A DNA stretch of 35,685 bases from Christensenellales bacterium (GTDB lineage: Bacteria; Bacillota; Clostridia; Christensenellales; SZUA-584): the NCBI GenBank assembly GCA_050943225.1, contig JBMNOT010000002.1, positions 1-35,685 on the forward strand. Reading direction: 5' to 3'. A program made the position numbers and the translations under genes. Below, in pieces: positions 18,135 through 29,126 of this stretch. Each line of letters begins with the position of its first letter. The first letter of the stretch is position 1. A model generated the notes under the pieces. The model had not been told where the DNA came from. It worked only from the letters and a program-made list of their open reading frames with translations, and did not search any database.

Positions 18135-18644
18135 TTACACCAGCTCAAGTATCACCATTTCCGCCGCATCGCCGCGCCGCGGCCCCTTCTTGATGATGCG
18201 GGTGTATCCGCCGCCCTGGCCCAGCTCCTGCGCGCGCTTGTAATACTTCGGCCCGTACTCGCGGAACACTTTTTCAACGAGCGGATATTTGACTTCAGCA
18301 GTACGCTTTTTGTATTCGTACTTGGTCTCGCCTTCCTTCCGCGGTTCCGGAATATCGTATAGATACTGCATAATACGGCGGCGCGCAGCCAGTTTGGAAG
18401 GCGCGTCGTTGATAATTTCCTTTTTCAGCTTTTCGTCGCCCTCGGCCACTTCCTTGACGACCTTCACGGTGTTCGCGTGCTCTCTCACCGCCAGGGTGAT
18501 CAGCTTTTCCGCGATACGGCGGGCTTCCTTTGCCCGCGCCAGCGTGGTCTCAATGCGGCCGTGCCACAAAAGAGCGGTGACCAGGTTTCTCAAGGTCGCC
18601 TGTCTCTGATCTTGCTGCTGATTCAGCTTTCTGTATCCAGCCAT
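18135..18644 (-). CDS. rplQ: 50S ribosomal protein L17 (expanded, 169 aa)
   Basis: [34 protein letters not shown]... and ...[30 protein letters not shown] precedes the ATG at 18644. Confidence 0.93.
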   Translation of the reverse strand: MAGYRKLNQQQDQRQATLRNLVTALLWHGRIETTLARAKEARRIAEKLITLAVREHANTVKVVKEVAEGDEKLKKEIINDAPSKLAARRRIMQYLYDIPEPRKEGETKYEYKKRTAEVKYPLVEKVFREYGPKYYKRAQELGQGGGYTRIIKKGPRRGDAAEMVILELV

Positions 18645-18698
18645 TTTTGTTATGCCTCCTGTTTGCCGTGCGGGTTGCAGCGGCAAATTTGTTATCCG

Positions 18699-19643
18699 TT
18701 AATCGTCAGTTCTTAGCGACAGCCCCAGCGCCGCTAACTTCTGCTCAACCTCTTCAAGCGACTTGCGCCCGAGGTTGCGCACTTTCATCATCTCTTCCTC
18801 GTTGCGCTTGATGAGCTCTGCCACGGTGTTGATGCCGGCGCGCTTTAGGCAGTTGTAAGACCGTACGGAAAGATCCAGCTCCTCGATGGTAATGTCCAGA
18901 ACCTTCTCTTTCTTGTCCTCCTCCGGCTCCACCATGATCTCCACGTCCTGCACGTGGTCGGTCAGCGCTATAAACTGCGCCAGATGCTCGCTTAATACCT
19001 TGGCCGCCAGCGACACCGCTTCGTCCGGCGCAATCGTGCTATTGGTCCACAGCTCGAGGGAGAGCTTGTCGTAGTCGGTTATCTGCCCAACGCGCGTGTT
19101 CTCCACCGTGAAGTTGACCTTCCTGACCGGTGTGAACAGCGAATCCACCGGGATCACGCCTATCGGCATTTCGCTTTCCTTATTCCTCTCCGCCAGCACA
19201 TAGCCGCGGCCTCTTTCCACCGTTATCTCCATGTACACGCTGGCGTCGTTATCCAGCGTCATGATATGCTGGTCCGGGTTTAAAATCTCCACGTCCGCAT
19301 CCATCTGGATGTCCGCCGCCGTCACATCCCTGGGCCCCTTCACGTCGAGTATCAGCGTCTTCGGCTCATCCACGTGCATCTTAACCGCGAGGCTCTTTAA
19401 GTTCAGCACGATTTCCACGACGTCTTCTGTCACGCCCTTGATGGTGGAGAACTCGTGCAGTACGCCGTCTATCCGTACCCTGGTGACGGCTGCGCCCGGC
19501 AGGCAGGAGAGCAGCACTCGGCGAAGCGAGTTGCCGAGTGTAGACCCGAAGCCGCGCTCGAGCGGCTCCATCATGTACTTGGCGTACCGGTTGTCACTCG
19601 ACTTTTCAACGCACTGTATATTGGGCTTTTCTATTTCTAACAT
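18699..19643 (-). CDS. rpoA: DNA-directed RNA polymerase subunit alpha
   Basis: 314 aa. [13 protein letters not shown]...[16 protein letters not shown], with the C-terminal domain motif [17 protein letters not shown]. Confidence 0.96.
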   Translation of the reverse strand: MLEIEKPNIQCVEKSSDNRYAKYMMEPLERGFGSTLGNSLRRVLLSCLPGAAVTRVRIDGVLHEFSTIKGVTEDVVEIVLNLKSLAVKMHVDEPKTLILDVKGPRDVTAADIQMDADVEILNPDQHIMTLDNDASVYMEITVERGRGYVLAERNKESEMPIGVIPVDSLFTPVRKVNFTVENTRVGQITDYDKLSLELWTNSTIAPDEAVSLAAKVLSEHLAQFIALTDHVQDVEIMVEPEEDKKEKVLDITIEELDLSVRSYNCLKRAGINTVAELIKRNEEEMMKVRNLGRKSLEEVEQKLAALGLSLRTDD

Positions 19644-19700
19644 CTATATAACCCTCCCGTTATATACTTCTCGTTCTGAGGGCAACCGCTATTTTGCACA

Positions 19701-20330
19701 TTACTTGGAGTAATACTCAACGATCAGGTGCTCTTCTATCGTGAGATCAATATCCTCTCTCGCCGGCATGGCGACAACCCTGCCCACGAGGTTAGCGTTG
19801 TCCATCGTCAGCCAGCTCGGCAACATGTGCGCTTCGCTCTCACGCAGCTCCTTGAATCGATCGATTTCGGCCGCCGACCGTTTCCTGACGGTAATCTCTT
19901 CGCCTACGCTCACGGTGTACGACGGGATGTCCACCTTCTTGCCGTTCACCAGTATATGGCCGTGCATCACCGTCTGGCGCGCCTGCGGACGCGAATCCGC
20001 AAGACCCAGGCGATACACCACGTTGTCAAGGCGCATCTCCAGCAGCATCAAAAGGTTCTCGCCGGTTTTGCCCTTCATGCGCTCCGCCCTGCGGAAAGTG
20101 TTCTCAAACTGCCGCTCCATCAGGCCGTAAGCGCGCTTGACCTTCTGCTTTTCACGCAGCTGCAAACCGTATTCTGAAATCTTTGCACGCCTGTTCTTGC
20201 CTGCCATACCAGGAGGCGTGGGGCGTTTCACCACCGAGCATTTGGGCGAATAGCAGCGGTCTCCCTTCAGGAAAAGCTTTGTACCTTCCCTGCGGCAAAG
20301 ACGGCATACCGAATCTGTATATCTTGCCAT
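19701..20330 (-). CDS. rpsD: 30S ribosomal protein S4
   Basis: [31 protein letters not shown]. This is the Cys4 N-terminus typical of Firmicutes S4. Confidence 0.96.
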   Translation of the reverse strand: MARYTDSVCRLCRREGTKLFLKGDRCYSPKCSVVKRPTPPGMAGKNRRAKISEYGLQLREKQKVKRAYGLMERQFENTFRRAERMKGKTGENLLMLLEMRLDNVVYRLGLADSRPQARQTVMHGHILVNGKKVDIPSYTVSVGEEITVRKRSAAEIDRFKELRESEAHMLPSWLTMDNANLVGRVVAMPAREDIDLTIEEHLIVEYYSK

Positions 20331-20345
20331 AAATGTAACTCCTCC

Positions 20346-20738
20346 TTATACTCTCCTGCGCTTGGGCGGACGGCAGCCGTTGTGCGGGATGGGGGTAACA
20401 TCCTTGATGAGGCATACTTCCAGCCCCGCTGTCTGCAATGCACGAATCGCCGCCTCGCGTCCCGCGCCCGGGCCCTTCACATATACGTCCACATAGCGCA
20501 GGCCATGTTCCATCGCGGCGCTCGCCGCCTTCTCCGCCGCCACCTGCGCGGCAAACGGTGTGCTCTTGCGCGAGCCGCGGAAGCCCATGCCGCCGGCGCT
20601 GGCCCACGAAAGCGTGTTGCCGGCCAGATCGGTCATCGTCACAAGCGTATTGTTGAAGGAAGCGCGGATGTGCGCCTGACCATGCTCAATGTTTTTCTTC
20701 TCTTTGCGTTTCCTTACAATCTTCTTTGGCTTAGCCAT
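20346..20738 (-). CDS. rpsK: 30S ribosomal protein S11
   Basis: ...[18 protein letters not shown]...[11 protein letters not shown]...[13 protein letters not shown]. Confidence 0.96.
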   Translation of the reverse strand: MAKPKKIVRKRKEKKNIEHGQAHIRASFNNTLVTMTDLAGNTLSWASAGGMGFRGSRKSTPFAAQVAAEKAASAAMEHGLRYVDVYVKGPGAGREAAIRALQTAGLEVCLIKDVTPIPHNGCRPPKRRRV

Positions 20739-20746
20739 TGGCTACC

Positions 20747-21115
20747 TCACTTTCTCTTTCCGCCCACAGTCCGTTTGGGTCCTTTTCTCGTACGGGCGTT
20801 CTGCTTTGAGCTCTGTCCTCTCACAGGCAGGCCTTTACGATGGCGGATACCACGATAACAGCCGATTTCCATCAAACGCTTGATGTTCATCGTCACTTCG
20901 CGGCGCAGGTCGCCTTCCACCTTCAGGTTCTTGTCGATATATTCTCTCAGCCTACCGGCGTCCGCTTCGGATAAATCCCTCACCCTGATATCAGGGTCCA
21001 CACCGGTTGCCGCCAAAATTTCTCGAGACGTCTTGAGACCGATGCCGTATATATAGGTCAGGGCAATCTCGATCCGCTTCTCTCTTGGCAGGTCAACACC
21101 AGATATACGTGCCAC
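20747..21115 (-). CDS. rpsM: 30S ribosomal protein S13
   Basis: GTG start after GGAGGTG. (M)[25 protein letters not shown]. Confidence 0.96.
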   Translation of the reverse strand: MARISGVDLPREKRIEIALTYIYGIGLKTSREILAATGVDPDIRVRDLSEADAGRLREYIDKNLKVEGDLRREVTMNIKRLMEIGCYRGIRHRKGLPVRGQSSKQNARTRKGPKRTVGGKRK

Positions 21116-21202
21116 TTAAGTTTACACCTCCGAAATTAGTTATATAAGAAACCACACGGATCAGGTTATAAAGCAACCTGCAGCCGCTCATCCATATGGT
21201 CA

Positions 21203-21316
21203 TTACCCTTGTGTCTGTTTATGCTTGGGGTTCACGCAGATCACCATCACCTTGCCATTGCGCTTGATGATCTTGCACTTCTCACAAATCGGCTTTACCG
21301 ACGGTCTGACTTTCAT
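21203..21316 (-). CDS. rpmJ: 50S ribosomal protein L36 (zinc-binding C3H form); not in the ORF track
   Basis: Hand translation gives [37 protein letters not shown] followed by TAA. Confidence 0.95.
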   Translation of the reverse strand: MKVRPSVKPICEKCKIIKRNGKVMVICVNPKHKQTQG

Positions 21317-21337
21317 TTACGTATCCTCCTTTAAATA

Positions 21338-21559
21338 TTAGCCCTTGCCGCGCCACGTTATACGTCCCCGCTTCAGATCATACGGTGATATCTCCACGGT
21401 GACTTTATCCCCGGGCAGTATGCGGATATAATGCATCCGCAGCTTTCCCGATATATGTGCCAACACCTTGTGGCCGTTTTCCAGCTCCACCTCGAATACC
21501 GCATTCGGGAAAGCTTCCGTAACACGGCCTTCCATCTCTATGACGTCACCTTTAGACAA
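21338..21559 (-). CDS. infA: Translation initiation factor IF-1
   Basis: [53 protein letters not shown]. Confidence 0.96.
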   Translation of the reverse strand: MSKGDVIEMEGRVTEAFPNAVFEVELENGHKVLAHISGKLRMHYIRILPGDKVTVEISPYDLKRGRITWRGKG

Positions 21560-21574
21560 GTCGCTTCCCCCTTT

Positions 21575-21859
21575 TCATGCGTTTTCCTCGTCTTTTATTG
21601 CCCGGAGCGCACTGCGCAGCTCTGCGTCGAACACTTTCGTACCGCTGGCCAGTTTTTCAGCGATAGAACTCAGAATTTGCGGCCGAAGCCGAAGGTGTTT
21701 CAGCTTCTTCTTCTTGGGGCGCTCCAGCACCCGCAAATCCCCGTCTGCGATGGTCACATACTGTTCATCCACAATGCCTGTGATAATGAGCAGCCTGCCT
21801 TTGTCGCGGCCGGCCTTGGATTCCACCACCCGGCCCACTTCTACGGAATACTCCACCAT
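21575..21859 (-). CDS. KOW-domain RNA-binding protein (conserved map-infA spacer gene of Firmicutes)
   Basis: 94 aa. It has a KOW-like G-x-x-V-x-S-K-A-G-R-D-K-G motif (VGRVVESKAGRDKGRLLII). It occupies the same slot as the small gene between map and infA in B. subtilis. Confidence 0.75.
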   Translation of the reverse strand: MVEYSVEVGRVVESKAGRDKGRLLIITGIVDEQYVTIADGDLRVLERPKKKKLKHLRLRPQILSSIAEKLASGTKVFDAELRSALRAIKDEENA

Positions 21860-21874
21860 AGCTTTCCCCCTTCA

Positions 21875-22621
21875 CTATACAGCCGTGAGGATCACGGGGC
21901 CCTTGTCGGTCAGCGCAACCGTGTTCTCGTAATGCGCCGAGAGACTGCCGTCTCTCGTGACCACTGTCCATCCGTCCGCTTTGGTGTATGTTTCTTTCCG
22001 GCCATAGTTGACCATCGGTTCAATCGCAAGCACCAGTCCTAAGCGCAGCTTTGGTCCCCGGCCACCCGAAACGAAGTTGGGCACATTGGGCTCTTCATGC
22101 AAATCCCGGCCGATACCGTGGCCCACCAGTTCGCGCACCACCGAAAAGCCGGCATCCTCCGCGGTTCTCTGCACCGTAGCGGAGATGCTCACCAGGTGAT
22201 TTCCTTCCTGAAAAGCGTCCATGCCGGCGAAGAAAGCCTTCTCCGTCACGCTGATCAGCCTCGCGGCCTGCTCGGTGATTTTGCCCACTGCGTACGTCCT
22301 CGCACAGTCGCTGTGGAACCCCTTATACTTTGCTCCGAGGTCGATACTTATGATATCGCCCTCTTTCAGCTCACGGTCTCCCGGAATGCCGTGAACAACC
22401 TCATCGTTTATCGATGCGTTGATCGTGGCGGGATACCCGCAATACCCCAGGAATGACGGCTCTGCGCCGCATTTTTCAATGTACCGTTTGGCGATGCTGT
22501 CCAGTTCCTGCGTGGTGACGCCGGGGCGAATTGCCTGGCCAATAAGTTCCTGCGCTTCAGCCGCAATCCGGCCGGCGTCGCGCATGATTGCTATTTCCCG
22601 GTCGGATTTCAGAATAATCAT
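21875..22621 (-). CDS. map: Type I methionine aminopeptidase
   Basis: 248 aa. It contains HGIPG, DIISIDLG, GHGIG and LAIEPM metal-site blocks. Confidence 0.95.
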   Translation of the reverse strand: MIILKSDREIAIMRDAGRIAAEAQELIGQAIRPGVTTQELDSIAKRYIEKCGAEPSFLGYCGYPATINASINDEVVHGIPGDRELKEGDIISIDLGAKYKGFHSDCARTYAVGKITEQAARLISVTEKAFFAGMDAFQEGNHLVSISATVQRTAEDAGFSVVRELVGHGIGRDLHEEPNVPNFVSGGRGPKLRLGLVLAIEPMVNYGRKETYTKADGWTVVTRDGSLSAHYENTVALTDKGPVILTAV

Positions 22622-23247
22622 TTTCTGTTTTCCAGCACCGCGACGATGGTCTCGGTGATATCGTCGATACCGCCCGAACCCACCACATCTTCCAGCAGTC
22701 CCTTTTTGGTATAGTACTCAATCAGGGGCTGAGTCTTCTGCTTATACACGGCGATGCGCTGGCGGACGATTTCCTCTTTGTCGTCGTCCCGCACATACAG
22801 CTCTCCGCCGCACTTGGGGCACTGCTTTATGTTTTCCAGCATCGACTCATGGTAAGTCGCACCGCACTGGCGGCACACGCGGCGGCCGCACATCCGGTGA
22901 ATCAGCTTATCGTCCGGCACGTTGATGTTGATCACCACGTCCAGCGACGTAAACTTATCCAGCGCTTCCGCCTGTTCGCGCGTCCGCGGGAACCCGTCCA
23001 GCAGGAAGCCGTCCCTGGCGTCCGGCCGGCTAATGCGCTCCTTCACCATACCGATGATCACGTCGTCAGGTACCAGCTCCCCGGCTTCAATATACGCCTT
23101 TGCCTGCTGCCCGAGCGGCGTCCCGTTCTTTATCTCTTCACGCAGCATGTCGCCTGTCGAGATGTGCGGTATGCCGTAACGAGCCGCAATCCTCACCGCC
23201 TGCGTGCCTTTTCCGGCGCCCGGCGGTCCGACAAACATCAATCTCAT
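22618..23247 (-). CDS. adk: Adenylate kinase (Cys4 zinc lid)
   Basis: P-loop GPPGAGKGTQ. The lid is CRQCGATYH...CPKCGGEL. It overlaps map by 4 nt. Confidence 0.96.
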   Translation of the reverse strand: MRLMFVGPPGAGKGTQAVRIAARYGIPHISTGDMLREEIKNGTPLGQQAKAYIEAGELVPDDVIIGMVKERISRPDARDGFLLDGFPRTREQAEALDKFTSLDVVININVPDDKLIHRMCGRRVCRQCGATYHESMLENIKQCPKCGGELYVRDDDKEEIVRQRIAVYKQKTQPLIEYYTKKGLLEDVVGSGGIDDITETIVAVLENRK

Positions 23248-23257
23248 GGTATAACCT

Positions 23258-24523
23258 CTATTTCAAAAAGCCTTTGTAGTGCCGCATGACCAGATGAGAC
23301 TCCAGCTGCCTCGTGGTCTCCAGCGCCACGCTCACCATAATCAGCAGGCTTGTCGCGCCGAACGCAGACTGGAACCCGGATATCGCTGCAATGCCGGTGG
23401 GCACTGTGGCGACCAGCGCGAGGAATATCGCGCCAAACAGCGTCACGCGCACCAGTATCTTCTGCAGGTAATCCGACGTGGGCTTGCCCGCGCGGATACC
23501 CGGTATAAACCCGCCGTTCTGCTGCAGATTCTTCGCCACATCCACGGGATTGAACGCCACCTGCGCATAGAAGAACGTGAAGAAGAATATCAGCAGCGCA
23601 TATAAGATCAGATACAGCGGTTTGTCAGGCCCCATCACCTGCTGGTAGCTCGCCTGCGTCTCCGCCGAAGCCACCAGGTTCAGTATCATGAGCGGGAACT
23701 GCACCAGCGTCACCGCAAATATCAGCGGCAGCACGCCCGACTGGTTGATCTTCATCGGGATGTGCGTGGACTGGCCGCCGTAAATCTTGCGGCCGATCAC
23801 GCGCTTGGCATACTGCACCGGTATGCGGCGCTCGCCCATGTCGATAAACGTGATGCCCACCAGTATCGCAATCGCCGCGACAAACACGATGATCAGCGTC
23901 AACCACGACCCGAACCCCAGCTGCACGTTGGCAATGGCCCTGATAATCTCCTGCGGCAGCCGCGATATGATGCTGACAAAAATGATCAGCGACACGCCGT
24001 TGCCGATGCCGTTTTCGGTGATATGTTCGCCGATCCACATGATGAGCGCGGTGCCCGCCGTCAGGCACAGCACGATGGTGATGTAGTTGAGGATGGCCGG
24101 CGTTCCGGTTTCCACAACCGCCTGCGGGCCGAACGAGAGCAGCAGGCCGATGGCCTGCACAAGGCCCAGGCCCACGCCGACGTACCGCGTGATCGATGCG
24201 ATTTTCTTGCGGCCTTCCGGCCCTTCCTTAGACATACGCTCCAGCGCAGGTATCGCCATCGTCAAAAGGTTCATGATAATCGAACCCGTGACGTACGGCA
24301 CAATACCCAGCGCAAACAACGAGAAGTTCTCCAGCCCGCCGGAAAACAGGTTGAGATATCCGGCAAGCATATTGTTCGACACCTGTTCTGCTATATATGA
24401 TACGTTCACGCCCGGCACCGGCACGTGTGAGCCAATGCGGTAAATGAACAGCATCATGATGGTGTACAGCATCTTCTTCCGGATATCCGGAACGTTCCAT
24501 GCATTTCGGAGCGTACTAAACAT
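23258..24523 (-). CDS. secY: Preprotein translocase subunit SecY
   Basis: 421 aa, 10-TM profile. It contains LFALGIVPYVTGSIIMNLL. Confidence 0.96.
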   Translation of the reverse strand: MFSTLRNAWNVPDIRKKMLYTIMMLFIYRIGSHVPVPGVNVSYIAEQVSNNMLAGYLNLFSGGLENFSLFALGIVPYVTGSIIMNLLTMAIPALERMSKEGPEGRKKIASITRYVGVGLGLVQAIGLLLSFGPQAVVETGTPAILNYITIVLCLTAGTALIMWIGEHITENGIGNGVSLIIFVSIISRLPQEIIRAIANVQLGFGSWLTLIIVFVAAIAILVGITFIDMGERRIPVQYAKRVIGRKIYGGQSTHIPMKINQSGVLPLIFAVTLVQFPLMILNLVASAETQASYQQVMGPDKPLYLILYALLIFFFTFFYAQVAFNPVDVAKNLQQNGGFIPGIRAGKPTSDYLQKILVRVTLFGAIFLALVATVPTGIAAISGFQSAFGATSLLIMVSVALETTRQLESHLVMRHYKGFLK

Positions 24524-24966
24524 TATTCAATCACCTCTGCGGTGCCTCCCGCGGCCTCAATCTTTTCCTTCGCCGTTTGGGTAAACTTCGCCGCTTTGAC
24601 GGTCAGCTTTTTGGTCAGCTCGCCGTTGCCCAAAACCTTAAGACCGTCCAGTGTTTTTCTGATGATTCTCTTTTCCTTCAAAAGCTCCGCAGTCACCTCG
24701 ATGCCGTCCTCAAACACGTTGAGGTCGCTCACGTTGATGGTTGCGTATTCCTTGGCAAAAATATTGGTGAAGCCCCTCTTGGGAAGTCTTCTGGACAACG
24801 GCATCTGGCCGCCCTCAAAGCCGGGGCGCACGCCGCCGCCGCTTCTGGACCACTGACCGCCCTGGCCGCGCGTCGAGGTCTTGCCCATGCCGGAGCCTAT
24901 GCCCCGCCCCACACGCTTTCCGGTCTTCTTCGAGCCAGGAGCTGGTTTTAATTCGTATAGTTTCAC
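24523..24966 (-). CDS. rplO: 50S ribosomal protein L15
   Basis: [35 protein letters not shown]. Confidence 0.96.
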   Translation of the reverse strand: MKLYELKPAPGSKKTGKRVGRGIGSGMGKTSTRGQGGQWSRSGGGVRPGFEGGQMPLSRRLPKRGFTNIFAKEYATINVSDLNVFEDGIEVTAELLKEKRIIRKTLDGLKVLGNGELTKKLTVKAAKFTQTAKEKIEAAGGTAEVIE

Positions 24967-24978
24967 GACCTGCCTCCT

Positions 24979-25158
24979 CTACGCTTCCAGCACCTTGACC
25001 AGGTGCGATACTTTATTGATCATACCGCGGATACAGGCGTTGTCTTCGTGCTCGGCTATCGAATTCAACTTCTTCAAACCCAGCGCTTTAACCGTCGCCC
25101 TCTGATCCTTGGAACAACCGATCGGGCTCTTCACAAGCTGTATTTTAATCTTTGCCAT
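24979..25158 (-). CDS. rpmD: 50S ribosomal protein L30; not in the ORF track (59 aa)
   Basis: Hand translation gives [59 protein letters not shown] followed by TAG. Confidence 0.93.
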   Translation of the reverse strand: MAKIKIQLVKSPIGCSKDQRATVKALGLKKLNSIAEHEDNACIRGMINKVSHLVKVLEA

Positions 25159-25168
25159 GACGCCCTCC

Positions 25169-25732
25169 TTATTTCAACTGGTCCACGCTGATGCCGCGCG
25201 GCTTAGCATACTGCTCAGCCGTCTTGAGCATCTTGAGACCCTCCATCGTCGCTTTCACGCAGTTCACCGGCGTGTTGGATCCCAAAGACTTGGTCCTGAT
25301 ATCCTTAATGCCTGCAAGCTCCAGCACCGGGCGCACGGAACCGCCCGCGATCACGCCGGTACCTTCTTTGGCCGGCAGCAGCATCACGCGGCCGCGACCG
25401 AATACGCCGATAACCTCATGCGGTATCGTCGTGCCCACGATCGGCACTTCGATCATGCTGCGCTTGGCCTTCTGCACGGCTTTGAATATCGCGTCCGGGA
25501 TCTCCGCCGCCTTGCCCTGGCCCACGCCCACACGGCCGTTCTCGTCGCCCACCACAACCAGCGCCGTGAAGCGGAAGTTGCGGCCGCCCTTAACAACCTT
25601 GGCCACGCGGTTCACATAGACCAGCTTTTCCTTGAACTCCTGCTGCTCTTCTTCCCGCCTCATATTCCTGCGGCCGCCGCGCGAAGCCTTGTCGCTTTTT
25701 CTGTCGTTTCTAAACGCATCGTTCCTCTGCAC
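25169..25732 (-). CDS. rpsE: 30S ribosomal protein S5
   Basis: ...[24 protein letters not shown].... The start is uncertain. I prefer the GTG at 25732, which lies 9 nt after GGAGG. The track start at 25750 overlaps the rplR stop. Confidence 0.9.
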   Translation of the reverse strand: MQRNDAFRNDRKSDKASRGGRRNMRREEEQQEFKEKLVYVNRVAKVVKGGRNFRFTALVVVGDENGRVGVGQGKAAEIPDAIFKAVQKAKRSMIEVPIVGTTIPHEVIGVFGRGRVMLLPAKEGTGVIAGGSVRPVLELAGIKDIRTKSLGSNTPVNCVKATMEGLKMLKTAEQYAKPRGISVDQLK

Positions 25733-25749
25733 CAGAAAAAACCTCCTCA

Positions 25750-26118
25750 CTAAAACTTCAGACCGGCTTCTCTGGCGCCGTCTGCCAACTGCTGAACCCT
25801 GCCCATGTACACATAACCGCCACGGTCAAACACTACATGATCAATGCCTTTGGCCAGCGCCTTGCGGCCGATGGCCAAGCCGACGATCCTGGCCGCTTCC
25901 TTCTTCGTCTTGCCCTCGAGTTCCTGTTTGACATCGGGGCTCAGCGTGGAAGCAGATACCAGCGTAACGCCCGCCACATCGTCGATGATCTGGGCATAGA
26001 TATGTTTGAGGCTGCGGAACACATTCAGCCTAGGCTTTTCCGCCGTGCCGGATATTTTATTACGCACCCGCCGGTGACGTCCTTTTCTGATCACGTTTTT
26101 GTCCACTTTAATAATCAC
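25750..26118 (-). CDS. rplR: 50S ribosomal protein L18
   Basis: ...[34 protein letters not shown]...[26 protein letters not shown]. Confidence 0.96.
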   Translation of the reverse strand: MIIKVDKNVIRKGRHRRVRNKISGTAEKPRLNVFRSLKHIYAQIIDDVAGVTLVSASTLSPDVKQELEGKTKKEAARIVGLAIGRKALAKGIDHVVFDRGGYVYMGRVQQLADGAREAGLKF

Positions 26119-26132
26119 TTTAGGCCACCTCT

Positions 26133-26669
26133 CTAAATTCCGGTCTTGCCGACTTTACGCAGCACAACCTCGTCCTGATACCGGATACCCTTGCCCTTGT
26201 AAGGCTCCGGCGGCCGGATGCTGCGGATATTGGCCGCGAACTGCCCAACAGCCTGCTTGGAAGGTCCGGAAACCTTGATGATGTTGGTGCCTTCCACGTC
26301 CAGCTTAATATTTCCTGTTTCAAATACCTCAACCGGATACGAATAGCCGATGTTGAGCACTATTTTATTGCCGCTCTTCTGCACTCTGTAGCCCACGCCC
26401 ACAACCTCCAGCGTCTTGGTGAAGCCTTCGGTCAGGCCTTTTATCATGTTGGCCAGCAGCGCGCGCGTCAGGCCGTGCATCGCCCGGCTGCGTTTATCAT
26501 CGCTGTTGCGCTTAACAGTCAGCACACCGTCTTCCAGCTCTACCTGGACCTCAGACGGAATGCGCTCTGTCAGTTCGCCCTTGCTGCTTTTCGCCCGCAC
26601 CACGTTTCCTTCGACCGTCACCGTGACGCCCTTGGGAATCGTGATGGGCATTTTACCGATTCTCGACAT
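26133..26669 (-). CDS. rplF: 50S ribosomal protein L6
   Basis: [22 protein letters not shown]... from the ATG at 26669. The 30-aa extension in the track overlaps rpsH. Confidence 0.95.
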   Translation of the reverse strand: MSRIGKMPITIPKGVTVTVEGNVVRAKSSKGELTERIPSEVQVELEDGVLTVKRNSDDKRSRAMHGLTRALLANMIKGLTEGFTKTLEVVGVGYRVQKSGNKIVLNIGYSYPVEVFETGNIKLDVEGTNIIKVSGPSKQAVGQFAANIRSIRPPEPYKGKGIRYQDEVVLRKVGKTGI

Positions 26670-26706
26670 TTTTATCTCCTCCGCACTCGCGTGATTCTCG
26701 CATGGC

Positions 26707-27105
26707 TTACCATATATAGGCGATGACTTCGCCGCCCACACCCAGCTGCCGGGCTTCACGGTCGGTCATAATGCCCTTGGATGTGGATATGATAGCAACG
26801 CCCAATCCGCCCAGCACCTTGGGGAGCTCATCCTTGCCGGCATACACCCTCAGGCCCGGCTTGCTGATCTTCTTCAAACCGTTGATGATGGGCGTATCCT
26901 TTTCGCCGTATTTCAGCGTGATGCGAATGATCCCCTGCGGGCCTTCTTCTATATACTCATACCCTTTGATGAAGCCTTCCTTGAGCAGGATGCCGGCGAT
27001 CGCTTTTTTCATCCGGGAAGCCGGTATGTCGATCACTTCGTGCTTGGCTCCTATCGCATTGCGGATACGGGTGAGCATATCCGCTACAGGATCAGTTACA
27101 GGCAT
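26707..27105 (-). CDS. rpsH: 30S ribosomal protein S8
   Basis: [17 protein letters not shown]...GGEVIAYIW. Confidence 0.96.
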   Translation of the reverse strand: MPVTDPVADMLTRIRNAIGAKHEVIDIPASRMKKAIAGILLKEGFIKGYEYIEEGPQGIIRITLKYGEKDTPIINGLKKISKPGLRVYAGKDELPKVLGGLGVAIISTSKGIMTDREARQLGVGGEVIAYIW

Positions 27106-27140
27106 TAACGTTACCTCCTTGTATTATCGAACACAAAAGC

Positions 27141-27326
27141 TTACCAGCTCGCTTTTCTTACGCCGGGTATCTCACCTTTGTAAGCCAGCTCACGGAAACA
27201 GATACGGCATACGCCGTACTTGCGCAGCACCGCATGCGGGCGTCCGCAAATCGTGCAGCGCGTGTAGTTTCTCGTGGAAAACTTGGAGCCTCTCTGCTGT
27301 TTGTTGATCATCGACTTCTTTGCCAC
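27141..27326 (-). CDS. rpsZ: 30S ribosomal protein S14 type Z (Cys4)
   Basis: 61 aa. ...[38 protein letters not shown]. Confidence 0.96.
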   Translation of the reverse strand: MAKKSMINKQQRGSKFSTRNYTRCTICGRPHAVLRKYGVCRICFRELAYKGEIPGVRKASW

Positions 27327-27338
27327 GTTCTATCCTCC

Positions 27339-27878
27339 TTAACGCCTGAAGGGCATGCCAAGCAGCGTCAGCAGCTCTCTGGCTTCCTCATCGGTTTTCG
27401 CCGTCGTCACGAATACGATGTCCATGCCGCGAATCTTGTCCACGTTGTCATAGACGATTTCCGGGAACACCAGCTGCTCCTTGAGCCCCAGCGCGAAATT
27501 GCCGCGGCCGTCAAACGACGTGGGTGAAACGCCTCTGAAGTCCCTCACGCGCGGCAGCACGATGCTCATCAGCCTGTCGGCAAACTCATACATGCGGTTG
27601 CCGCGCAGCGTCACCTTGGCGCCAATTTTCATGCCTTCGCGCACCTTGAAGTTCGCAACGCTCTTTTTCGCCTTGGTCACCACCGGCTTCTGACCGGAGA
27701 TAACCGCAAGATCGGCAACGGCGGAATCCAGACTCTTCGGGTTGTCCTTGGTGTCGCCAAGTCCCATGTTGATGACGATTTTTTCAAGCTTCGGAACCTG
27801 CATGATGTTCTTATAGCCGAACTTCTTCATCATCGCAGGGACAACATCATTGATATATGTGTCCTTAAACCTGGGCAT
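27339..27878 (-). CDS. rplE: 50S ribosomal protein L5
   Basis: [39 protein letters not shown] from the ATG at 27878. Confidence 0.95.
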   Translation of the reverse strand: MPRFKDTYINDVVPAMMKKFGYKNIMQVPKLEKIVINMGLGDTKDNPKSLDSAVADLAVISGQKPVVTKAKKSVANFKVREGMKIGAKVTLRGNRMYEFADRLMSIVLPRVRDFRGVSPTSFDGRGNFALGLKEQLVFPEIVYDNVDKIRGMDIVFVTTAKTDEEARELLTLLGMPFRR

Positions 27879-27892
27879 TACGCTTTCCTCCC

Positions 27893-28216
27893 TCACTTGT
27901 CAAACGTTTCGCCGCACTTCTTGCACACGCGAACCTTGGTGCCGTTGTCCAGAAGCTTAAATGCGATGCGCGTGGGCTGGCCGCATTTCCCGCAGACAAG
28001 CATGACCTTGCTGGCATATATCGGCGCTTCCTGGTGCACGATGCCGCCCGGTTTGCCCTGGCCCCTGGGCTTCTCGTGCTTGGTCACGATATTCACCTTT
28101 TCCACCACGATACGGCCTGTTTTGGGCTCGGCTACCAGCACCTTGCCCTTCTTACCCTTGTCCTTGCCGGATATCACAACGACTCTGTCGTCTTTCTTGA
28201 TGTACATCTTCGCCAT
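27893..28216 (-). CDS. rplX: 50S ribosomal protein L24 (with C-terminal CxxC...CxxC)
   Basis: The KOW motif is [20 protein letters not shown]. The C-terminus is [34 protein letters not shown]. Confidence 0.95.
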   Translation of the reverse strand: MAKMYIKKDDRVVVISGKDKGKKGKVLVAEPKTGRIVVEKVNIVTKHEKPRGQGKPGGIVHQEAPIYASKVMLVCGKCGQPTRIAFKLLDNGTKVRVCKKCGETFDK

Positions 28217-28231
28217 AATCCGTCCGCCTTC

Positions 28232-28600
28232 CTACAGCACCTCAGGCGCCAGAGAGATAATCTTCATGTAATCCTTCTCTCTCAGCTCCCGAGCCACGGG
28301 CCCGAATATACGGGTGCCCCTGGGCTGTTTCTGATTATCGATAATCACGGCCGCGTTGTCATCAAAGCGGATGTAAGAACCGTCCTTGCGGCGCACGCCG
28401 TACACGCTGCGCACGATGACCGCACGAACCACGTCTTTTTTCTTCACCACGCCGCCCGGCTGCGCCGACTTCACCGACGCTACGATCACGTCGCCGATAT
28501 TAGCCGTGAACTTCTTTGAGCCGCCGAGAACTTTGATGCACTGTATCTCTTTGGCGCCCGAATTGTCCGCCACTTTCAGGCGTGTCTGGGCTTGTATCAT
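28232..28600 (-). CDS. rplN: 50S ribosomal protein L14
   Basis: [28 protein letters not shown]. Confidence 0.97.
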   Translation of the reverse strand: MIQAQTRLKVADNSGAKEIQCIKVLGGSKKFTANIGDVIVASVKSAQPGGVVKKKDVVRAVIVRSVYGVRRKDGSYIRFDDNAAVIIDNQKQPRGTRIFGPVARELREKDYMKIISLAPEVL

Positions 28601-28629
28601 AACTTAAACGCCTCCCTCATTTCTCAATG

Positions 28630-28887
28630 CTACTTGGCGGCCTCGACCACCCGGACCAGTCTCCATCTCTTGTCCCGGCTTAAGGGACGCGTCTCGGTGA
28701 TCAGCACCTTGTCGCCCACCTTCGCCACGTTTTCTTCGTCGTGAGCTTTGTATTTCTTCGTGATCTTCACGGTTTTGCCATACAGCGGGTGCTTGGCTTT
28801 ACGCTCGATCATCACAACGATCGTCTTATCCATTTTGTCGCTGACGACGATGCCGACACGCGACTTGCGGATTCCCCTTTCAGACAT
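28630..28887 (-). CDS. rpsQ: 30S ribosomal protein S17
   Basis: [25 protein letters not shown]. The ATG at 28887 follows AGGAGG. The track's GTG at 28893 sits within the SD. Confidence 0.94.
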   Translation of the reverse strand: MSERGIRKSRVGIVVSDKMDKTIVVMIERKAKHPLYGKTVKITKKYKAHDEENVAKVGDKVLITETRPLSRDKRWRLVRVVEAAK

Positions 28888-28898
28888 AAGCACCCTCC

Positions 28899-29126
28899 TT
28901 AATCTTTCGCAGCGCTTTTCAGTTCGCGCTCTCTCATAATCGTTTTAACCCTGGCGATATCCCTTTTGGTCTTCTGAATCATCATCACGTTTCCCAGCTG
29001 CCCCGTGGCGCTCTGGAAACGCAGGTTGAACAGCTCCTGTTTCAGATTCTTCAGCTCATTCGCCAGCTCGTCATTCGTCATCTCTTTCAGCTCACGCAGC
29101 TTACTAGCTTTCACCCTGCTCACCAC
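28899..29126 (-). CDS. rpmC: 50S ribosomal protein L29
   Basis: ...[33 protein letters not shown].... The start is ambiguous among in-frame GTG codons at 29126, 29123 and 29114. Confidence 0.9.
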   Translation of the reverse strand: MVSRVKASKLRELKEMTNDELANELKNLKQELFNLRFQSATGQLGNVMMIQKTKRDIARVKTIMRERELKSAAKD

